From the IMG/VR virus record IMGVR_UViG_3300032103_000318, positions 1 to 49,161 of that record: a stretch of 49,161 nt of DNA; one strand, written 5' to 3'. Source of the stretch: a virus. Taxonomy: Duplodnaviria; Caudoviricetes. Every line of letters starts with the position of its first letter. Position 1 is the stretch's first letter. The translations under genes and the position numbers were made by a program. Below, one piece after another: positions 7,728-16,537 of the stretch. Under the pieces are notes generated by a model. That model searched no databases. It was not told the origin of the DNA and was given only the letters and a program-made list of their open reading frames with translations.

Positions 7728-7759
7728 TTGCCCCATACCTAGCCCAATTGTGCTACCAT
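7728..7759 (+). promoter_or_regulatory. Sigma70-like promoter (TTGCCC...TGCTACCAT) overlapping an ATACCTAGCC motif at 7735-7744
   Basis: Both elements are visible upstream of ATG 7790. Confidence 0.55.
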
Positions 7760-7789
7760 AAGGGTATAGACGTTTATCTCTGGGTAATT

Positions 7790-8752
7790 ATGGACATCGC
7801 TCAAAAACAGACCATGCCTGACCAATCTGATCAAGGGTGGTGGTTTAGCCGTCACGGTATTTTCGGTAGGGCAGAAATGGCCGCCATCAATGCAGCATGG
7901 TCTGTTTTTGAGGGCGGTGATCCTATGGGCACTAACGTTGGCTCTTCATGCTGGGGGATTCAGGACGCTCTAGGTTATCTGCGGAAGACTAAGCTGTATC
8001 AAGAGTTCGTCAAAATTTGTCGAAAACACGGTAAAGACCAGCCCGATGATCCCATTAAGGTATTGTCTTATCAATGCGTTCTGACCCAGTTTGGTGCTTC
8101 CTCCAATTTCCTTACAACCCGCGTCACCCCCACTCTGGCGGCATATCGTCGGTCTGATTTAGCTCAGGATGTACAGAACTTCTTTCAGAGGGCATCTCGT
8201 CGCCCACGATACGACTCAACGCTATATCACAGCCACCGTCAAAACGTGTCTAAGCCTTTTTACAACAGCCGAACCCTTGAAAATTCGACGGAGGGAGCTA
8301 ACCGGTTTCGTCGTTTCCGAAAGACCGGGATCTTGGATCGAGTCTTTGAAATGTTTTCTGAAACCACCAAAGGAGAGGTTTCTGCGGAACAAGAGAATTG
8401 GGCTCCCTATTGTGGACTCATGACGAAAATGAACGACATGTCCTTTAGCACTGAATCGAAAGACTTGATCAAGGAAGGTGTGAAGCGCTTTTTAGATAAG
8501 CATGGGATGGAGATTAGGGCAGACTTTGAAGACTTCTTGAAATATACGTTGGTCTGGGAGGTGAATAAAAAAATCAGAGAGAGTTTTGAGCCCGGAGAAC
8601 TAAGTGAATACATCACTGGTCTAATGACTGTGATCCGGAATGCTACATCTTCAATGGATGAGGAATACAAAGAGCTAGGGCTGGACATGTACAGATCTTT
8701 TGATAAGTTGACGAGGCGGGAACCTGACTGGGAAAAATTTTACTCTGGCTAG
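7790..8752 (+). CDS. Hypothetical protein (about 320 aa)
   Basis: Long ORF with no recognised motif; ATG 7790 preferred because the TTG start at 7748 lies within the promoter. Confidence 0.8.
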   Translation: MDIAQKQTMPDQSDQGWWFSRHGIFGRAEMAAINAAWSVFEGGDPMGTNVGSSCWGIQDALGYLRKTKLYQEFVKICRKHGKDQPDDPIKVLSYQCVLTQFGASSNFLTTRVTPTLAAYRRSDLAQDVQNFFQRASRRPRYDSTLYHSHRQNVSKPFYNSRTLENSTEGANRFRRFRKTGILDRVFEMFSETTKGEVSAEQENWAPYCGLMTKMNDMSFSTESKDLIKEGVKRFLDKHGMEIRADFEDFLKYTLVWEVNKKIRESFEPGELSEYITGLMTVIRNATSSMDEEYKELGLDMYRSFDKLTRREPDWEKFYSG

Positions 8753-9199
8753 CTAACCCGCTGACTTACAACTAAATAACCGCTCAGGCTCAGTAGGGTT
8801 TCCTATCTGACCCATTTTGCTTTGCCCATTTCCCTCTGACTTCTAAACGTTACCCCTGTATCTTCCTTATTTCCCCTAAACCACCCCTGGATCTGTCTGC
8901 GGTATGTGTGAGAAGTGGAGTTACCCCACACACCCTAGAGAGGGGGACATGCTAAATGTCAGGTTATCACTAGGTTAAGACATCCACCCTTCCCCCCAGC
9001 CATCCCCCGAAGTTACCCAGCCATCCCCCGGAATCTCCCGCAGGAAGACCCTTCCCCTACCTCAATAAAACGTGTTAAAGTAAAGGGGTAGTTTAAGGAT
9101 TATGTCAGAATGAAACTTACATACACCTACATCGCCCACCCCTAATACCCAGACCATTGCATAATCCAAGGTTCTCTTAACGGGAAACCGTTTACTATT

Positions 9200-9634
9200 T
9201 TGTGCGAACACTCTTACTATGTGTCCGAATCTCTGGGCAAGTACAGGAGCAAGGTAGAAGAGGAAAACTACCACCTGTACTTTGTCATAAATAGGCAATT
9301 CTTGACCTTCTTGTGTCATGAGCTAGCCCCCACTAATTTCCGATTTTCCACATTTACAGGGGTATCCCGTCACCTAAGATCAAAGGTAGGGGATACCCAA
9401 TTCTTGTGGAGACCGCTATCCCATGAGGAGATTCAAAAGCATCTCCTACACCTAATAGAGTATGCGTGCCAAAAAGAGGCCGCACTTTTGCCTAGCAGTC
9501 GGTTCTCAGGGGGGGTGGGGAAGCTGCAAGAGGCCCAGCTAGTTCTACACCCCGTTAACAAAGCAATCAGGCCATTGCCTTATTTCCCGATTGCTTTCAA
9601 TTTCAAAGCTAAAATGGTACAATCAATCAAGTAG
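9200..9634 (+). CDS. Hypothetical protein
   Basis: 144-aa ORF; start uncertain. Confidence 0.55.
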   Translation: MCEHSYYVSESLGKYRSKVEEENYHLYFVINRQFLTFLCHELAPTNFRFSTFTGVSRHLRSKVGDTQFLWRPLSHEEIQKHLLHLIEYACQKEAALLPSSRFSGGVGKLQEAQLVLHPVNKAIRPLPYFPIAFNFKAKMVQSIK

Positions 9635-9652
9635 TCTATCAAGGTATACACA

Positions 9653-10018
9653 ATGAAATCACGGTTTCGCCGATCCGCCCTGCAAATGGCGGCAATGTCT
9701 GAAGAAGTCCATGGATTTTTGACAGCTTTCCCGGAGTTCGCTCACCTAGGTTTCCTCTCTTCCGCTTGGGCTTGTAACATGGCACCTAATTCTTTTATGA
9801 GTATGGCCACAACCTACCAAGCCATCCCTAGCGGTCTAACGCTAGAACTGCCCCAACCCGGCAAAAAAGACAACTCCTCCGCCTTAGCTCTAGATTTCCT
9901 TATCAAGAATCCCCTAGAGGCCGAGACATTTGTTAGGAAGCTGAAAACCATTCAGCATGTATCGTCTCCAGACTACCGGCCATCCCCAGAGAGGCTGATA
10001 GACTCCCCTAACTCATAA
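9653..10018 (+). CDS. Hypothetical protein
   Basis: ATG with AAGG upstream and extended -10 TGGTACAAT near 9614-9622. Confidence 0.7.
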   Translation: MKSRFRRSALQMAAMSEEVHGFLTAFPEFAHLGFLSSAWACNMAPNSFMSMATTYQAIPSGLTLELPQPGKKDNSSALALDFLIKNPLEAETFVRKLKTIQHVSSPDYRPSPERLIDSPNS

Positions 10019-10170
10019 TTAGCAACTTAGGGAGAGACTGATGGAAGTAACCTATCAGTATTTTTCTGGCAAAAATGGGGTATGCCTATCCTATTCTCTA
10101 GGGTCAGACAACCTCTCCATTTATTCCCTGTCTTTGGCAGGGGTTAACGGAAAGTTCTTAGTTAGCCTCT

Positions 10171-10440
10171 TTGAAGCCTGTAACCCTTATTCACTTAGGG
10201 GGTTACAGGCTAGGGTTTGAAGTCCGTAGAGGGGTTCTTAACTTTGCATTCGTTAGAGATGGAACCCCTAAAATCCCAGCCGTTTTGTGGCCAGGGGACA
10301 AATACCTAGACCCGGACTTTCTACTGTGCATCCTAGGGTACCTATTGGAGGTATCCTGTCTTTTACCCTCTAGCCAGGTTTGCTTTTCAGGGCCAATGAC
10401 CGTAGATCTTAGAGATGTTTGGAGCATCAACCATGCTTGA
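10171..10440 (+). CDS. Hypothetical protein
   Basis: Stop overlaps the dUTPase start; own start uncertain. Confidence 0.45.
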   Translation: MKPVTLIHLGGYRLGFEVRRGVLNFAFVRDGTPKIPAVLWPGDKYLDPDFLLCILGYLLEVSCLLPSSQVCFSGPMTVDLRDVWSINHA

Positions 10441-10906
10441 TTTTGAAGTGCTACCTGAATCAGCCATTGATTGGGAACAGGTTATCGGCGGTCACCCTGT
10501 GCTTGTCGTTCCCTACCCCCATGACCTACAGAAACCCAAACGAGCCACCAAAGGATCAGCGGGGTATGACATCGTTAGCCCAACTGACTACTGCCTCAAC
10601 CCTAACGAGGTGGTTATCCTGCCCACGTTCTTGACCGTCAAGCTCTCCCCCGGTATCTTTTTGGATATCAGGCCGCGATCGGGGTCAGGCTCTAAAGGGC
10701 TACGAATCCTAAATACGACCGGGGTGATCGACACCGATTACTATCCTGGCCACATCGTTTTACCGCTCAGGAACGAAGGCACCCAACTCATCACCCTCAC
10801 CAAAAACAAGGGTGTAGTTCAAGGTATCTTCTCTATCTATCTGCTCACAGACGACGACAGCCCCCTAAACGCCGAGAGAAGTGGGGGCTTTGGCTCAACT
10901 ACCTAA
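10433..10906 (+). CDS. dut: Trimeric dUTPase
   Basis: Motifs SAGYD, RPRSG, GVIDTDY, Q-G and C-terminal RSGGFGST. Confidence 0.95.
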   Translation: MLDFEVLPESAIDWEQVIGGHPVLVVPYPHDLQKPKRATKGSAGYDIVSPTDYCLNPNEVVILPTFLTVKLSPGIFLDIRPRSGSGSKGLRILNTTGVIDTDYYPGHIVLPLRNEGTQLITLTKNKGVVQGIFSIYLLTDDDSPLNAERSGGFGSTT

Positions 10907-10915
10907 GGAGGAACC

Positions 10916-11083
10916 ATGCTAAAAACCGTCTTGATTGGAATGCTGCTGGCCTGGATAGCTTCCCTCGCCCTCAGCCTCTCCTCTGCCCAAGATAACTCAA
11001 GTTCTGATCAGGCCGTAACCTATCAGAACAAACATAACCCGGCTAATCGCTCAGGATCAGGCCATCGTCAGAGGGTACGCTAA
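10916..11083 (+). CDS. Small secreted peptide precursor (55 aa, absent from the ORF track)
   Basis: RBS AAGGAGG; MLKTVLIGMLLAWIASLALSLSSA then QDNSSSDQAVTYQNKHNPANRSGSGHRQRVR; TAATG overlap with the next gene. Confidence 0.75.
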   Translation: MLKTVLIGMLLAWIASLALSLSSAQDNSSSDQAVTYQNKHNPANRSGSGHRQRVR

Positions 11084-11553
11084 TGCTCCTAGATTCCGTT
11101 CAATACCCGGTCTGGGCTATCCCAAAGCCCCGATCCAGAGTCAGCTACACCTCTACGGGTTTAGAAACCTGGGCCAACGGTGAAGTCACCGATTGCTTTG
11201 TGGACATAAACCTGCCCTATTCTAAGCGGTTGAACCTCGCCCAAGAGATCACCAACCCCCATGACGGCCTAGTACTCCCTGCTTTACTAGCTGGGGCCCC
11301 AATGGACTTGCTGAACCTTCTGAAGATAGCCGATTGTATCTTAAAGCCAGAGAATCAGCCCTTCCAATTCCAACTTGGTATTATCCAAAAGCTAGATAGT
11401 TTTGAGGCTACCCTCATTTCTTCCAGCCCTGGTTGGGTAGTTGCCGATTCCCCTGAGTACGGCAGAGTTGAGGCCAAGATCCTAGCCCCTCAAAGCCCCT
11501 CAGCCCCTCGCCAACTAACCGTCTTCCATCAGAGAGGGAGGTACTACTGTTGA
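11083..11553 (+). CDS. Hypothetical protein
   Basis: Overlapping start and stop with both neighbours. Confidence 0.7.
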   Translation: MLLDSVQYPVWAIPKPRSRVSYTSTGLETWANGEVTDCFVDINLPYSKRLNLAQEITNPHDGLVLPALLAGAPMDLLNLLKIADCILKPENQPFQFQLGIIQKLDSFEATLISSSPGWVVADSPEYGRVEAKILAPQSPSAPRQLTVFHQRGRYYC

Positions 11554-12107
11554 GGACTCTAACTATTATGACGGGCTTCTCCGGGGCAGGAAAAGATTAT
11601 TTTTGCTCCCAACTCGGTCTAGCCAAAGTTAGCTTAGTCCGCCCTCTGAAAAAGCTACTGGAAGACTCCTTTGGTCTTCCCGCTGGCCACCTAGATACTC
11701 CTGAGGGCAAGCTCCAGACTATCCCCGGCACCAACCAAACCTATCTGGATTTCCTTATAGAGTCTTGGCGGGAGTCAGAGCAGGGTTCCGTTTTCGGAAA
11801 TCTGTGGGTTAACATCGCTAGGCAAAAAATCCTAGCCCTAAACAGCCCCTGCATTACCGACTTTCGGTCTTTTCGTGAATTAGACATGGTTAAAGGTCTG
11901 GTTTCATCACGCCAAGCCAACCTCGTTCACTTCCATATCCTGGGGGGAACCGCTCGGCTATCCGACATCCACTGCGTTTCCCTAGCAGCTGAGCTAAAAA
12001 ACTTGGCCCTATGTTCTGAAACGTTCAGCAATACCAAACAGCCAGAGAATACCTTGGTGGTTTTGGCTAGAATGCAGCAAATCTTAGAAAGTGTAGGCTC
12101 ACCTTAG
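11550..12107 (+). CDS. Deoxynucleoside monophosphate kinase-like P-loop protein
   Basis: GFSGAGKD Walker A, PLK motif and ITDFR. Confidence 0.8.
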   Translation: MRTLTIMTGFSGAGKDYFCSQLGLAKVSLVRPLKKLLEDSFGLPAGHLDTPEGKLQTIPGTNQTYLDFLIESWRESEQGSVFGNLWVNIARQKILALNSPCITDFRSFRELDMVKGLVSSRQANLVHFHILGGTARLSDIHCVSLAAELKNLALCSETFSNTKQPENTLVVLARMQQILESVGSP

Positions 12108-12136
12108 CTATCTTTTCGTCCATCTGGTTTGTTACA

Positions 12137-14269
12137 ATGAGTAACACGCTTCACTGTTCTTTATCCCTATCTAAACCTATGAGTGATCCTCGGAGTCTGC
12201 TAGCCCCTACCGGACGGGTTCAGCGCTTTCTCGAAAACCCAGATGGCGGTACCCTGCCTGCCTCTTGCACCATCATCAGGATGGATCAATACAACTTAGA
12301 GCAGTTATTTGAGTTCGTCCAGGTCGCTCTGGTTACAGCGGCGGGAGTGAACATCCACCTAGAGCAGTTTAATTCCGAGTACCTGATCGATAGTCAACCC
12401 ATCGGAAAGCTAACCCTCGATCCTGCCATGGGGATTCGCATTCAGGATTCCATGCTGTATGATCCTCGAATACCCGGCAGTTGGGGAATTATTGAGGCAT
12501 CCTACCAAATCTACTGTAGGTTGGTTGCGGGCGAGGATGTTGCCATTGACCTTTCCCTGATTCGCCCAGAAGGTACCATTGGCTCTAAAGGGCAAGTAGC
12601 ATCTGGCCCGGAATCCTTCCTTAAGATCTATCGGGCGGTAGAGCGGTTGGCCCAGTCTTACACCATCTCCAATATGTTGTCGGTGCTGTCTACGTTCAAT
12701 GAAGTCATTCGACGCGGCGGAGTCTATAAGAATGGAGCGGTAACGACTTCATTGCCCATCTGGCACCCTGACTTCCCTGAGTATGCCACCGCTCATGCCC
12801 CTACTGTCCACCCTTTCCTATTTAAGGGCGCAGTCATCCCCCGAAATTATGAGAATTATCTAGACCGTCTAAGCCTAGCCATCGAGCGGGCTAATCAGGC
12901 GGATCTTTGGCTGGAAAAAGCTATCTCAGCCCAGGATAACGTTACCTGGCTAAGCACGGATGAGATTGAACCGGATTTTAGCAATGTCTTGGGGCACAAC
13001 GTTTGCCTCAAAGGTGATCAAAAAATCCTGGTGCGGGAAGGCTCAGAAGTTAAAGTCAAAGCCATTTCTGAGGTCACGGATGGGCCAGTCGAAGTGTTTA
13101 ACGGTACCGAATGGGTAACCGCCAATTTCAAAAGCTATGGCCTATCTGACCAATTTGTTAAGGTCACGCTTAATGACGGTACTGTGTTGGAAACCACGCT
13201 AGACCATCGGTGGATCCTCTCTGACTCATCCGAAATTCTTGCAAAAGATCTGGAAATCGGCATGGAAGTCCTCACAGCTTCTGTAACGGAAACACCCCGT
13301 CCCAAAACCAAACCGGCAGTCATAAAGTCAGTGGAAACCATCACTCAAGAACCCGTAGAAGTGTTTTCAGGCAATGTTCCAGGTGGTCAATATCTTTTAG
13401 CTAATGGTATAGTCACTGGCAACTGTCGCGAAATAACCCTCAAATCTAGAGGTACCTGCACCATCATGCCCATTAACCTGGGGATGGCTCAGGAACCCGC
13501 AGAGATTGAACAAGCCTTCCCTCTCGGTATGGCAGACCTATGCCGACTCCAGCAAGCAGATCATCAAGCGATCGCCGGGATTTACCTACCTGCCCAAGAC
13601 GATCGCCAGGTGGGCTTAGGTTTGATGGGCCTAGCCAATCTTTTGGCAAACCACACCCTGACCTACGCGGGTTTCACCACGGATCTCGGTCAATACCTAG
13701 GGGAGTTAAAAGGGCTGGGAGTCGATGGTCTAACCCTAAAGCTTCAAAACCTCACTGAGCTACCGCCGTGCCATAATCCCTGGGTGCGCGCTTTGGTAGA
13801 GGGGTTCCGCCAAGCATCTCTGGTGGCAGAACAGTACAAAATGGACAGGGCTTTTGGGATTGCCCCTACCGCATCCGTAGCCTATCGATACCGGGACTTC
13901 AAGGGCTTTACAGTATGCCCTGAGTACAGCCCCCCAACTGGTCAACAGGTTGAGCGCATATCCAATAGTGGCATGACAGAAAGCTCCACCATCTACCGCT
14001 ACCCCACCAATGTAGAGACAACGGCCACAGTCGATCGTCAAATCCACTTTGACCTGTCCTGCCATCTTCAGGTTTTGATGGATATGACCGGGATGGGGCA
14101 CTCCATCTCCTTTAATGTATGGGGTGAGCTAGACTATGACTACGCTATGGCCTGGTTGGACTCCCCACTCAAAGCTACCTATTATCTATGGGAGGTAGAT
14201 CAAAACTACCTCGATAAGTCTGACCAATTGTCCGATCTTAATGCGTGCGGTGTCCCCATCCGCCAGTAA
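12137..14269 (+). CDS. nrdA: Ribonucleotide reductase alpha subunit (compact cyanophage class I type) with intein
   Basis: TGRVQ, PASCT, VASGPESF, RRGGVYKNGA, spliced NVCRE catalytic loop, VGLGLMGLAN, IAPTAS. The start may be ATG 12179. Confidence 0.9.
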   Translation: MSNTLHCSLSLSKPMSDPRSLLAPTGRVQRFLENPDGGTLPASCTIIRMDQYNLEQLFEFVQVALVTAAGVNIHLEQFNSEYLIDSQPIGKLTLDPAMGIRIQDSMLYDPRIPGSWGIIEASYQIYCRLVAGEDVAIDLSLIRPEGTIGSKGQVASGPESFLKIYRAVERLAQSYTISNMLSVLSTFNEVIRRGGVYKNGAVTTSLPIWHPDFPEYATAHAPTVHPFLFKGAVIPRNYENYLDRLSLAIERANQADLWLEKAISAQDNVTWLSTDEIEPDFSNVLGHNVCLKGDQKILVREGSEVKVKAISEVTDGPVEVFNGTEWVTANFKSYGLSDQFVKVTLNDGTVLETTLDHRWILSDSSEILAKDLEIGMEVLTASVTETPRPKTKPAVIKSVETITQEPVEVFSGNVPGGQYLLANGIVTGNCREITLKSRGTCTIMPINLGMAQEPAEIEQAFPLGMADLCRLQQADHQAIAGIYLPAQDDRQVGLGLMGLANLLANHTLTYAGFTTDLGQYLGELKGLGVDGLTLKLQNLTELPPCHNPWVRALVEGFRQASLVAEQYKMDRAFGIAPTASVAYRYRDFKGFTVCPEYSPPTGQQVERISNSGMTESSTIYRYPTNVETTATVDRQIHFDLSCHLQVLMDMTGMGHSISFNVWGELDYDYAMAWLDSPLKATYYLWEVDQNYLDKSDQLSDLNACGVPIRQ
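13004..13423 (+). mobile_element. Mini-intein (140 aa, no homing endonuclease) in RNR alpha
   Basis: Starts CLKGDQKI, block B TTLDH, ends ANGIVTGN; the +1 residue is Cys. Confidence 0.9.
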
Positions 14270-14306
14270 CCGTCCGCCCAATAATCTTTACTGAGGTTTA
14301 GTTAGC

Positions 14307-15077
14307 ATGTCTACTACGCTTGATCGCTTGTCTGCTCTAGAAATCCAACTGCCCACCGAGGGTAAGTTGGCCCAGATTTTATCTCGGAAGCGGCCTTGGA
14401 AACCTTTCCCGCTCCAGCCCGTCAACGCCAATCCCATCACTGAAAAGTTGGGAACCCACAGAACCATCCAACGCTGTATCGCTCTGGCCCTAGAATTGGA
14501 GTTGCCAGTAGGAGAACTAGCCCTAACTGGCTCAGAGGAGCTAGCAGAGTTAGAGGATATGAATTTGGCCCTTCGACACAACGCCAAAGATGAGGTAACC
14601 CACTACCAGGCGTTTCAGGAAGCTGCCAAAGCCTACGATGTACCTTACGACATTATGGACGAGGTCGATGGGGTGTCTGCTCCAATTCTTGACCTTGATG
14701 AACACCCGGTTCTACTTGCTGGGTTTTTTGAACTCACTGTCTTTTTCCCTAGCCTATCCATCATGCGCAAGTGGGGATCTCCTGACTTAAAACGGCTGGT
14801 TCAAGACGTTAGCAGGGATGAGTCCTGCCATGTAAATACAAACTACTTCATAGCGGATAAACTCGGTCTGGAGTGGAACGATTTTTACTTAGCTAACGAT
14901 TTTCGCTGCTCTCTGATTGGTTGGCTAACCCAAGACCTATCAGGGGTTTCTGAAATGCCAGCCTTTTGGCACAAAGTCTCCGAAAACCTTAGTGAGACTC
15001 GTCAAGCCCCCGACTTAGCCCCGCTTACCCAAGTGGGAATGGTTCCGGCCTTCTTTGAAAATCGACGGGTTTACTAA
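14307..15077 (+). CDS. nrdB: Ribonucleotide reductase beta subunit (ferritin-like)
   Basis: LELPVGE, DEVTH, FFELTVFF, DESCH; directly follows the alpha subunit. Confidence 0.85.
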   Translation: MSTTLDRLSALEIQLPTEGKLAQILSRKRPWKPFPLQPVNANPITEKLGTHRTIQRCIALALELELPVGELALTGSEELAELEDMNLALRHNAKDEVTHYQAFQEAAKAYDVPYDIMDEVDGVSAPILDLDEHPVLLAGFFELTVFFPSLSIMRKWGSPDLKRLVQDVSRDESCHVNTNYFIADKLGLEWNDFYLANDFRCSLIGWLTQDLSGVSEMPAFWHKVSENLSETRQAPDLAPLTQVGMVPAFFENRRVY

Positions 15078-15097
15078 AGGTATGCTAAGATACTGGT

Positions 15098-15328
15098 ATG
15101 ATTGATCAGGTTTGCCAGTATCTAGACTCACTGACTGACATTGAACTCCTCTGTCTTTGCTACCACTTTGGCATTAATGACAGGGGAGTACATCTGACTA
15201 TCCCTGAACTAAGCAGGGGATTGCAGGTTAACCGATCTACGGTCGAAGCGTCTCTATCTAGAGCTACCCAAAAGCTGCTGAGCTACCCTGATATTTTGAA
15301 AGCACTGGAGAACCACACCGATGAGTAA
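15098..15328 (+). CDS. Stand-alone sigma70 region 4-like HTH protein
   Basis: HFGI....LTIPELSRGLQVNRSTVEASLSRATQKL; extended -10 TGCTAAGAT ends 6 nt before the ATG, suggesting a leaderless transcript. Confidence 0.75.
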   Translation: MIDQVCQYLDSLTDIELLCLCYHFGINDRGVHLTIPELSRGLQVNRSTVEASLSRATQKLLSYPDILKALENHTDE

Positions 15329-16220
15329 TTTGTTGTTGATTGTCGATTTCTCGGTGTTCTGTCACAATTTTGACACCAGTTGGAAGCATAACAAACTATC
15401 CAACCTAGACCTATTAGGATTGCCTGAAAATACCTGGGATCTCTACAACTTAACAGAGCTACAGGGGTTAACTCTGAAGCATATCCGGGATAAATCCATT
15501 GTGTCTTTCTGGCTAGAAACCCTAATCGGAGGGCCAAGCTATATCAAGCTAGGGAATTTTAGCCCGATCCTGGTCACGGATTCTAAACCCTATTGGCGTA
15601 ACGACTATACAGAAAGCTACAAGGGCGATCGACCTAGTAAAACCGAAACTTTCAATCTGGTTAAAGAAACGGGCTTATCTCTGGCTAAGAAATTGGGAGT
15701 GCCCGTGCTAAGCCTACCCCGATACGAAGCAGATGATCTGGCAGCGGCTGTTGTCAGATTCGCTCAGCTAGCCAAGCAGTCTAAGTCAGACTGTGATCTA
15801 GGAAAATTTGACCATACCTACCTATGGACGGTGGATTCTGATTGGATTCAGATGGTTTCGAGTGAGGTAACGTGGCTTAATTCTGGGCCATGGGAACCCC
15901 TAATTCGGGATATACCCGGTAGCTTAGAATGGATCAAGAAACGCCTCAAAGTTTCTCTAGACCACCCTCAAGATATTGTGCCAATCAAGTGTATCCATGG
16001 GGATTCCTCTGACAATTTACCCCCAGGCACGAAACCATTTTTGATTGACTTGATGAACCCCCATCCCGATTGGAATCCTCTCAAATCCCAATCTTTTTGT
16101 AACCATCTTTACGCTCTAAAGATTGAGGATATCTCACCTCATCTTAAACGGTTAGAAGCTGCAAAACTGTTCAATAAAAAGGTGGCTCAACTATCGAGGA
16201 TCATTGAATTTAATGGCTGA
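15321..16220 (+). CDS. 5'-3' exonuclease / flap endonuclease (Pol I N-terminal or T4 RNase H-like)
   Basis: LIVD, YKGDR, YEADDL, DSDWIQ, GDSSDNL. Confidence 0.9.
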   Translation: MSNLLLIVDFSVFCHNFDTSWKHNKLSNLDLLGLPENTWDLYNLTELQGLTLKHIRDKSIVSFWLETLIGGPSYIKLGNFSPILVTDSKPYWRNDYTESYKGDRPSKTETFNLVKETGLSLAKKLGVPVLSLPRYEADDLAAAVVRFAQLAKQSKSDCDLGKFDHTYLWTVDSDWIQMVSSEVTWLNSGPWEPLIRDIPGSLEWIKKRLKVSLDHPQDIVPIKCIHGDSSDNLPPGTKPFLIDLMNPHPDWNPLKSQSFCNHLYALKIEDISPHLKRLEAAKLFNKKVAQLSRIIEFNG

Positions 16221-16536
16221 CTCTCTTATCGAAATCCTTCAAGAAATTACCTTAGGCTATCCTCAGGACGGTCTGAGGTATACGAGGTCTGATCTAATTT
16301 CCGACCTCTATCTGTGGGCTTCTAATAATCCCCTAGAAGGCGCTCAGCGGGAGACGTTAATAAAGCAAGCCCGTAAGATCTGGAATGCGAACACCATCGT
16401 TAGGAAGCCGTTCATAGATCAGACCTACTTTGAAAAAAATGATTCTGAAGAAGCCCCCCAAGATTCCGAAATCTGGAGTATACTGATTAAAGAAAGCGCA
16501 GAAAGGCTTTCTAAATTAACCCTAAAGAGGAAATAA
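16204..16536 (+). CDS. Hypothetical protein in the replication operon
   Basis: Coupled ORF; ATG 16213 is the probable start. Confidence 0.7.
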   Translation: MNLMADSLIEILQEITLGYPQDGLRYTRSDLISDLYLWASNNPLEGAQRETLIKQARKIWNANTIVRKPFIDQTYFEKNDSEEAPQDSEIWSILIKESAERLSKLTLKRK

Positions 16537-16537
16537 A

